A stretch of 33,363 nucleotides of DNA, from positions 1-33,363 of the forward strand of contig DAHXLH010000220.1 of assembly GCA_027366115.1 (NCBI GenBank), read 5' to 3'. The notes under the pieces were generated by a model. That model was not told where the DNA came from. It was given only the letters and a program-made list of their open reading frames with translations, and made no database searches. Below are positions 27,351 to 33,363 of this stretch, one piece after another (the first letter of the stretch is position 1; the number at the start of each line of letters is the position of its first letter). The DNA is from Phycisphaerales bacterium (lineage in GTDB: Bacteria > Planctomycetota > Phycisphaerae > WQYP01). The position numbers were made by a program, and so were the translations under genes.

Positions 27351-28067
27351 TCAACGCCGAAGCAGATGATGAAACTCACGGCCAAAGGCGCGCTCACGCG
27401 CGGTAGCCTGTCCGCGAATTTCCCACTGTAATTTGACGCAGGAGTTTGGAATATTCAAACGCCGCTCCAAGGTTTTGATGAGCGACACTGTGGAACGTAT
27501 CTGACTGCTGGAATAACCCTGGCGATTGACATCTCCGATGATACAGACACCTACGGCATTGGCATAAGCAGAATAATGAGGAGGTGTTAAATAAGGCCAG
27601 GAAAAATACGGTGCGGTAGATAATTGTTCCTGCCAGGCCAAGCCTCGTTGCACGTATCCGTCGGGGTTACCAAGGCCATTTCGGGCGTTATCCACCACAA
27701 AATGAAAATTAGCACCCTGCGTCATGTTCCCCGCATGTTGGGGCTTGATTATTCCTCCTACATCTTTGCCCTCCGAGAGCTCGGCTGAATTACCGGACAG
27801 ACTCCCGGATTGATAGATGATGATATAGTTCCAGCGGCCATTCCGCAATGGGCTGGCCGCATGGATAACGGAATTCCAATTTTGCATGTTGTTGGAAATA
27901 TTCATCATGTACGGGCCAGCACTGGTAATGGGTTGCCCTTCCAACAGCAGCAGCAGCCCCGCCGTTAACGCCAGCGTAGCTACAAGAGAGGACAGCACCG
28001 TGAAGACCCGGCGATGATTCACGGCCGACGGCGTTTTTCGAGAAGAAGTTTTGGAGTTTGAACCCAT
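27351..28067 (-). CDS. Membrane-anchored Amidase_2/PGRP-like domain protein, probably non-catalytic
   Basis: Basic N-tail then TM helix; RWNYIIIYQSG, ANFHFVVDN, DG.VQ....W..Q, NAVGVCIIGD, SSQIRS..SLI..L..RLNIP pattern of type 2 amidases. Confidence 0.68.
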   Translation of the reverse strand: MGSNSKTSSRKTPSAVNHRRVFTVLSSLVATLALTAGLLLLLEGQPITSAGPYMMNISNNMQNWNSVIHAASPLRNGRWNYIIIYQSGSLSGNSAELSEGKDVGGIIKPQHAGNMTQGANFHFVVDNARNGLGNPDGYVQRGLAWQEQLSTAPYFSWPYLTPPHYSAYANAVGVCIIGDVNRQGYSSSQIRSTVSLIKTLERRLNIPNSCVKLQWEIRGQATARERAFGREFHHLLRR

Positions 28068-28451
28068 AATTTTATACAACCCGTTCTACTGAGTTTCTAT
28101 CGGCCCATAAACCAGTAAAACTTGAAGAATACTTCAAATTTTTTCACCCGTACCAGATTACTCTTTATTGTCGAAAATGCAATCAAACGCCGATATAATT
28201 GCCGGTAGACGTATCGCCTCCATCGCACGGGCGGTGGATGAGGATGGCCGACACTGGTGCACAGGGCATTTTGTTGGGCTATAATACTTTTGATGACGGC
28301 ACTTTTTGCCGGCAATAAAGTCGCAAGTATGCCGGCCTGACGTCGAGTGGGCTGGAAAAGCCCGTTTTCCCCGGCCGGCCCTCGGCTGATCCGCCAAGAC
28401 GCACTTGGCAAACTGCCAATCAGGTTTTGGGTTTTTTGGAGATCGATGCTT

Positions 28452-29474
28452 ATGAACACGGAACATTTAATAAAACGATCTCGCTGGGTGAGTTTTATTG
28501 CCGCCTTGGCAGGCGTGGCTTGTCTGGTTGCAGGCCTAGTGGCTCTGGTAGCCGCGCTGCAAGGCATTAAAACCGCCGCCGATACGCCGCAGGCCATGGC
28601 TGCCATCACCCCCGGCCTTTTGCTTCTGGGGATCGGCGTGATAATTGTATCGCTGGCCGTCCTGAGTTATGTGGGTATGAGCCTGAAGATACAGTCCTTA
28701 AGCAATGATCATTGGCAATATGAGCAACTGCGCGGCGCCATGGAAACGCATCGCCAACTGCTTGAGGGCATCCGGGATAGTGCCGGACTTTCTGATTCCG
28801 CCAAGCAAATTGCGTATCGCCACAAAGACCGCGAAGCTCTGCGACACGCCATCCGGGAAGATATCGATAAAAACGATTACGACGGCGCTTATTGGCTGGC
28901 CGCGGAAATGGAACGGCGCTTCGGCAACCGGCAGGAAGCAGCACAATTTCGTGACATGGTGGAGACCGCGCGCAAGGGATTTATTGAACGCGAAGTGCGC
29001 GAAGCCCTGGAACATTTTGACCAGTTGCTCAAGAAATTTGACTGGACCGCCGCGGCACGGGAAATGGAACATCTCACACGCACGTTTACCGGCCATGCGG
29101 ATGTCGTGCGGTTGCCGGAGCGCATTCAGGCCGCCAAGGAGAATCATAAACGGACCTTGCTTAAAGAATGGAAAGACGCCGTCACCAAGGAAGATGTGGA
29201 CCGCAGCGTGGACCTGCTCAAGCAGCTTGATCAGTACCTGACGCCGGGCGAAGGCGAAGGGTTTAAGGAAATTGCCCGCGATGTGTTCAAGAAGCAGTTG
29301 CAGCAGCTAGGAGTGCAATTCGCTCTGCAATGCAATGACAAGAATTGGGGTGAAGCGATCCGAATTGGACAGCAGATCACGGATCAATTCCCCAATACCC
29401 GCATAGCGGCGGAAGTGCGGGAGGTTATGCCGTCGCTGCGCGAAAAATTAAATCAGCCGGTAGGCGCGATTTAA
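28452..29474 (+). CDS. Hypothetical membrane protein (2 TM helices plus alpha-helical repeat-like domain)
   Basis: Two N-terminal hydrophobic helices, then a charged all-helical region; GGAG at 28438-28441; start 28446 or 28452. Confidence 0.8.
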   Translation: MNTEHLIKRSRWVSFIAALAGVACLVAGLVALVAALQGIKTAADTPQAMAAITPGLLLLGIGVIIVSLAVLSYVGMSLKIQSLSNDHWQYEQLRGAMETHRQLLEGIRDSAGLSDSAKQIAYRHKDREALRHAIREDIDKNDYDGAYWLAAEMERRFGNRQEAAQFRDMVETARKGFIEREVREALEHFDQLLKKFDWTAAAREMEHLTRTFTGHADVVRLPERIQAAKENHKRTLLKEWKDAVTKEDVDRSVDLLKQLDQYLTPGEGEGFKEIARDVFKKQLQQLGVQFALQCNDKNWGEAIRIGQQITDQFPNTRIAAEVREVMPSLREKLNQPVGAI

Positions 29475-29495
29475 CACCTGCGTTATGTTGATTGC

Positions 29496-30464
29496 ATGAA
29501 AACGCTTTTTCTTGGCTCTGGGGCTTTTGGTTTGCCTACGCTCAAAGCCTTGATCCAGACGGGTCATGAAGTGGCAATGGTGGTGACACAACCGGATAAA
29601 CCTGCGGGACGGGGGCGTCATTGCACCCCGACGCCGATCGCGGCATACGCGGCCGAGCTTGGACTGCCAGTGCTGAAAACCGCCAACGTCAATACCCCCC
29701 AAGTCCTGGCGGGGTTGCGTGCTGTTGCTCCGGACATTTTCGTGGTGATCGCCTTTGGCCAAAAACTCGCCGATACGGTCTTGCATTTGGCCCCCCATGG
29801 CGGCGTGAATCTTCATGCGTCGCTGCTGCCGGCCTTTCGCGGAGCGGCACCGATTCAGCGTGCCATCCTTTCCGGCGAACATACCACCGGCGTATCGGTT
29901 ATTCGCGTGACCAATATCATGGATGGCGGCGAAATCCTCGGACAAATTCCCACTCCCATCGGGGATAGCGAAACCGCCGGCGAACTGCATGATCGCCTGG
30001 CCGAATTGGGCGCACCGCTGATGCAGCAGATTCTCGGGCAGATCGAAACCCAATGCGTCCGCGCCGCCATACAGGATGCCACACGTATTTCTCCGGCACC
30101 CAAATTATCCAAAGACATGGCGCATGTGGATTTTGCGCAGTCCGCGCGTCAGGTTTCCTGCCGCATCCGAGGACTTTCTCCGTGGCCGGGCTGCCTGGCT
30201 GATTTGCTGACACCTGATGGCGACGTTCGCGCGAAAGTATCGTTACTTAAATGTCGCGAATTGTCCGCCAGTCAACCGTCCGGAAAACCGGGGGAAGTGT
30301 TGCCCGGATTATTTATCGCCTGCGGCACCGGCGCGCTTGAACTTTTAATCGTGCAACCGGTTGGCAAACGCCCCATGGATATGCGATCATTAGCCAATGG
30401 CTACGGCATCAAAGCTCTCTGGCGTCTGCAAAGCCACCCGTCGCAGCCGGAAGGAGCACCCTGA
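29496..30464 (+). CDS. fmt: Methionyl-tRNA formyltransferase
   Basis: VVTQPDKPAGRG, VVIAFGQ, NLHASLLPAFRGAAPIQRAI, MDGG, APKL.K, IRGLSPWPG, VQP.GKRPM. Confidence 0.95.
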   Translation: MKTLFLGSGAFGLPTLKALIQTGHEVAMVVTQPDKPAGRGRHCTPTPIAAYAAELGLPVLKTANVNTPQVLAGLRAVAPDIFVVIAFGQKLADTVLHLAPHGGVNLHASLLPAFRGAAPIQRAILSGEHTTGVSVIRVTNIMDGGEILGQIPTPIGDSETAGELHDRLAELGAPLMQQILGQIETQCVRAAIQDATRISPAPKLSKDMAHVDFAQSARQVSCRIRGLSPWPGCLADLLTPDGDVRAKVSLLKCRELSASQPSGKPGEVLPGLFIACGTGALELLIVQPVGKRPMDMRSLANGYGIKALWRLQSHPSQPEGAP

Positions 30465-31081
30465 TGGATAAGAAAAAGAAAATACCGCCCGTGCGGCAAG
30501 ATACACTGGATGCCCTGAAGAATTTGGACAATTCCGAACCCCAGTTGCCCGCCAGTGCCGATGACCCGCGCAGTGCGACGGGTTTTGTGGCCATGCTGGC
30601 CCAGGGAAATACGCAGCCGGATATCTTTTCCCCGTTGGGATCGGCATTGGAAGCGGATATGAAAGCCTCCCGCGGTAACATCCCGCCCCCCCGGCCGCAA
30701 CCCGTTGCACGCCCCATACCACGAAAGCATACGCACGCGGAAATCCCGGAAGCAAAAGTCATTGAGCCGCTGGCTAACCAAAAATCCCCTACGCCGGCAG
30801 CACCCGCCGCGCAGCGCCCCATAGCCCCTGGGCCCCATGAGTGGTATCGCGTTGCCGTGCCGCTGATGCTGGTCATGGGAACCCTGCTGGTGCTGATCGG
30901 CTTTTGGGCGCTCGCCTCTTTGGCCGGCATGCCCAACGCACTGATTCCGCATGACCACTATGGCAGCCGCTACCATGCCGCCATTTCCCTGGCCTGGAAA
31001 ATGCTGATCGCCCTACCCATCGGTACCATACTCGACGCGATGGCCGTCTACATGCTTCTTCGCCTGCGAAAACGGCACTGA
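30464..31081 (+). CDS. Hypothetical membrane protein (Pro-rich N-terminus, 2 C-terminal TM helices)
   Basis: TGATG stop-start overlap with fmt and GGAG RBS; hydrophobic VAVPLMLVMGTLLVLIGFWAL and MLIALPIGTILDAMAVYMLL followed by a basic tail. Confidence 0.75.
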   Translation: MDKKKKIPPVRQDTLDALKNLDNSEPQLPASADDPRSATGFVAMLAQGNTQPDIFSPLGSALEADMKASRGNIPPPRPQPVARPIPRKHTHAEIPEAKVIEPLANQKSPTPAAPAAQRPIAPGPHEWYRVAVPLMLVMGTLLVLIGFWALASLAGMPNALIPHDHYGSRYHAAISLAWKMLIALPIGTILDAMAVYMLLRLRKRH

Positions 31082-31093
31082 GAAAACAGCCCC

Positions 31094-31257
31094 TTAGCCA
31101 ACCGACGCGGAAGCGTCACGGTTTGAAGCGGGGAGCGGTTGCGGGAATATCCGCGTTCCAGACCGGCACTGGCCAAAACCAAGTGCGACGGTTCGGAGCG
31201 CACCGTGTCAGTAAATCCAATTTCCGCGACCAATTCGACCCTGCCGCATCGGGCTAA
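31094..31257 (+). ncRNA. Candidate rod-shaped structured RNA (unassigned)
   Basis: Nested stems found by eye (see finding); no family motif recognised. Confidence 0.3.
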
Positions 31258-31290
31258 TGACGCATACCATCGTTGCACACGAAATGTCGT

Positions 31291-31327
31291 AAAAAAAACC
31301 AGCCTGACTCGGCAGCGTCACGGCTGG
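31291..31327 (-). terminator. Intrinsic terminator after yidD
   Basis: CCAGCC-TGAC/GTCA-C-GGCTGG stem with A8 on the + strand (T8 on the minus strand). Confidence 0.8.
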
Positions 31328-31403
31328 ATGCGGGCTGCCGTCACGAAAAATTCCACACCATAACCCGGCAAGCGCATTTTCAAACCCACCCAACGGAAGC
31401 GTC

Positions 31404-31751
31404 TTACTGATGCGGTCGCCGGGGGGGCACCGGGTCGTAGCCGCCTTTTACAAAGGGGTGGCAACGCAGCAGACGCTTAAGCGCCAGCAACCCACCGCGC
31501 CCTGGGCCATGCTCTTGAACGGCTTGAATGGCGTACATACTGCACGTAGGTTCATAGCGGCAGTGGCCGCCCAAAAAAGGGGACAGCGTCACCTGATACA
31601 GTCGAATCAGCAGCAGCAAGGCGCTTTCACATATCCGCGAAATAATTCCCGGTTGCCGTGGGGGAACTGCGGCGGGATCAGGGGCGGCGTCCACCGGATT
31701 ATTTACTGGTACCAAAGGTTGTTGCTGAGATGGCGGGATGAGATCGTGCAT
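31404..31751 (-). CDS. yidD: Membrane protein insertion efficiency factor YidD
   Basis: [25 protein letters not shown]...HG...[18 protein letters not shown]; ATG 31751 avoids overlap with the GNAT gene. Confidence 0.93.
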   Translation of the reverse strand: MHDLIPPSQQQPLVPVNNPVDAAPDPAAVPPRQPGIISRICESALLLLIRLYQVTLSPFLGGHCRYEPTCSMYAIQAVQEHGPGRGGLLALKRLLRCHPFVKGGYDPVPPRRPHQ

Positions 31752-31767
31752 GTTTATCCCAAGGGAA

Positions 31768-32292
31768 TCAGATTGAATTAACAGGCAACACCATTTCGGC
31801 GTAAGTTGTCTGAAAGCCGAGTTTCTCAAATAGCGCCTTGGCGGCGGTGTTTCGCGCTGCGGCCATCAGGCGCAATTGATTGACGCCTTTATCCTGCGCC
31901 CATTGTCGGGAATACTGAATCAGGGCCTTGGCGATGCCCTGGCGGCGTGCATCAGGGCGAACGGCCAGGTCATGAATAAATGCGTAATGGGTAAATTGAT
32001 AAATGGGTATTTCCTGATTAATTGCCGCAGCCAGCCCACCCAGAACTTCTCCCGAGTCGCCGCCGCTGGCGTGATGCGTTTTTCGCCGGGCGATAATAAA
32101 CAGCCACTCCGGATTGGCGTGATTACCGCTGATCCATCGCGTATAGCGCTGCTGAATATCGGGTCGCAAAGCCCAGCGCAAGGGCCAATATTGCTCATGT
32201 TGTCGCTCCACCAGCAGAAACAATTCCACCAGGGCGGCAATATCCGATTCCGGCACCGGTAAAATTTCCAAATCTGAATAACGTTGGTCCAT
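31768..32292 (-). CDS. GNAT-family N-acetyltransferase
   Basis: [21 protein letters not shown] (acetyl-CoA motif A); [11 protein letters not shown] (motif B). Confidence 0.92.
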   Translation of the reverse strand: MDQRYSDLEILPVPESDIAALVELFLLVERQHEQYWPLRWALRPDIQQRYTRWISGNHANPEWLFIIARRKTHHASGGDSGEVLGGLAAAINQEIPIYQFTHYAFIHDLAVRPDARRQGIAKALIQYSRQWAQDKGVNQLRLMAAARNTAAKALFEKLGFQTTYAEMVLPVNSI

Positions 32293-32399
32293 AATATCTC
32301 ACTGCCAAGTATACAGTTATTATGGAATTCTATCCGCGAAATGGCCCGATTGGCCAAGCAATCAGATATGTTCGCTAATTTTTTCCGCAACCGCGGTTA

Positions 32400-33363
32400 T
32401 CAGATCGTTGATGCGATCAATCCTGAGGGCGGCCGATCCGCCTTGGCGCTAGCCCAGTCCTTATTGGGTTTACTGCCCATGCGGAAATACAATTCACCGC
32501 CGGCGAGAATATCCGCATTGGTAAACCACGCGCGGGTTAATTCGCGGCCGTTGAGTTTGGCACTTTGTATGTACATATTCTCATGCGAATTGTTCTCCGC
32601 AATGATGGTAAAGGTGGTTCCTTTGGCCGGGTTATGAATCTTGGCGCGGTTAATCAGCGGGCTGCCGATGATATAAACGCCGGTAACCGCATTGACCGGA
32701 TAGAAGCCCAAGGCCCCTAGGGCAAAACAGCTGGAGGTTTGTCCGCAGTCGTCGTTGCCGGGAATACCGTTGGGGGTATTGTTGTAAAGGCTCAGGACTT
32801 TACGAATCCAATATTGCGTTTTCCAGGCTGCACCAGCAAAGGGGTAGAGATACGGAATGTGGTTGCTGGGTTCATTGCCCTGGGCGTCCTGCCCCACCAT
32901 GCCGCTGATATCGGGTGGAGAAGCATAAACTTTGGATGGAGCGGTAAACAGGGCATCGAGTTTGGCGATAAATGCCTGATCACCACCTAACAGATCAATG
33001 AGTCCCGGTACGTCCTGCATGACATTAAATGTGGCTTCCCACGCGTCTGATTCGGTGTAATCATGCCAGTATTCCTGATCCGGGCGGAACGGCGTGCGCC
33101 AGGATCCGTCTTCCAGCTTGCCGCGCATGAAACCGGTTCGAGGATCAAAAAGATTTTTATAGTTCTGCCCCAGTTTGTAAAACATTTTCGCGTCTGCATG
33201 TTTGCCCAGCAGTTCAGCCATGGCCCCTACGCACCAATAGTCATAGGCAAAATCCATGGTGCGTGACACACTCTGTGCCCCGGGGGCCGATGCCACATAG
33301 CCCAAGGTACGGAACTGATGTTGCAATGCTTTGTTGTTATTGGCTGTGGCTCCCACCAAAGCG
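32400..33363 (-). CDS. GH92 alpha-mannosidase, 5'-truncated by the window edge
   Basis: SVSRTMDFAYD, YTES.AW, GNEPS.HIPYLY, GIPGNDDCGQ.S, LGFYPVN, YIQSA.LNG; frame open to the window end. Confidence 0.92.
   Translation of the reverse strand, partial: ALVGATANNNKALQHQFRTLGYVASAPGAQSVSRTMDFAYDYWCVGAMAELLGKHADAKMFYKLGQNYKNLFDPRTGFMRGKLEDGSWRTPFRPDQEYWHDYTESDAWEATFNVMQDVPGLIDLLGGDQAFIAKLDALFTAPSKVYASPPDISGMVGQDAQGNEPSNHIPYLYPFAGAAWKTQYWIRKVLSLYNNTPNGIPGNDDCGQTSSCFALGALGFYPVNAVTGVYIIGSPLINRAKIHNPAKGTTFTIIAENNSHENMYIQSAKLNGRELTRAWFTNADILAGGELYFRMGSKPNKDWASAKADRPPSGLIASTI

Noticed and set aside
27312-28360. 11-bp inverted copies of GGGCTGGAAAA flanking the amidase-like gene
   Set aside because: Only two copies and no transposase; cannot be distinguished from chance.
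31102-31124. GGAA-tetraloop hairpin as SRP RNA
   Set aside because: It lacks the CAGG/AGCA symmetric internal loop of SRP domain IV.
31108-31403. 10-bp direct repeat CGGAAGCGTC at both ends of the intergenic gap
   Set aside because: Could be an insertion scar, but no terminal inverted repeats adjoin it and one copy lies inside the rod structure.

Overview
Mostly core-genome window from a moderately GC-rich bacterium. The gene repertoire (MHYP-type L34, S55 peptidase plus beta-propeller pair, cytoplasmic Hanks kinase, stand-alone fusA) suggests Planctomycetota, probably Phycisphaerae; this is inference. There are about 28 credible CDSs, including rpmH (missed by the ORF track), fusA, fmt, yidD, phoU, a Fur-family regulator, a FliA/WhiG sigma factor, a FixL-like haem-PAS/NarL two-component pair, two PPIase lipoproteins and a truncated GH92. 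A complete tmRNA lies at 22506-22885 and appears to be flanked by toxin-antitoxin debris. No transposase, integrase, CRISPR array, tRNA or rRNA was seen. The best leads are: (1) a membrane-anchored, apparently Zn-less amidase/PGRP-like protein encoded ahead of a sensor-less Ser/Thr kinase and an atypical phosphoesterase; (2) a small basic HEXXH protein with an N-terminal QLDLF sliding-clamp motif; (3) the uncharacterised exported S55 protease/beta-propeller pair; (4) a ~165-nt rod-like RNA structure in a convergent intergenic gap; (5) a mosaic of 7-, 8- and 9-nt tandem repeats at the window start. All family calls come from motif recognition by eye, and no searches were run.
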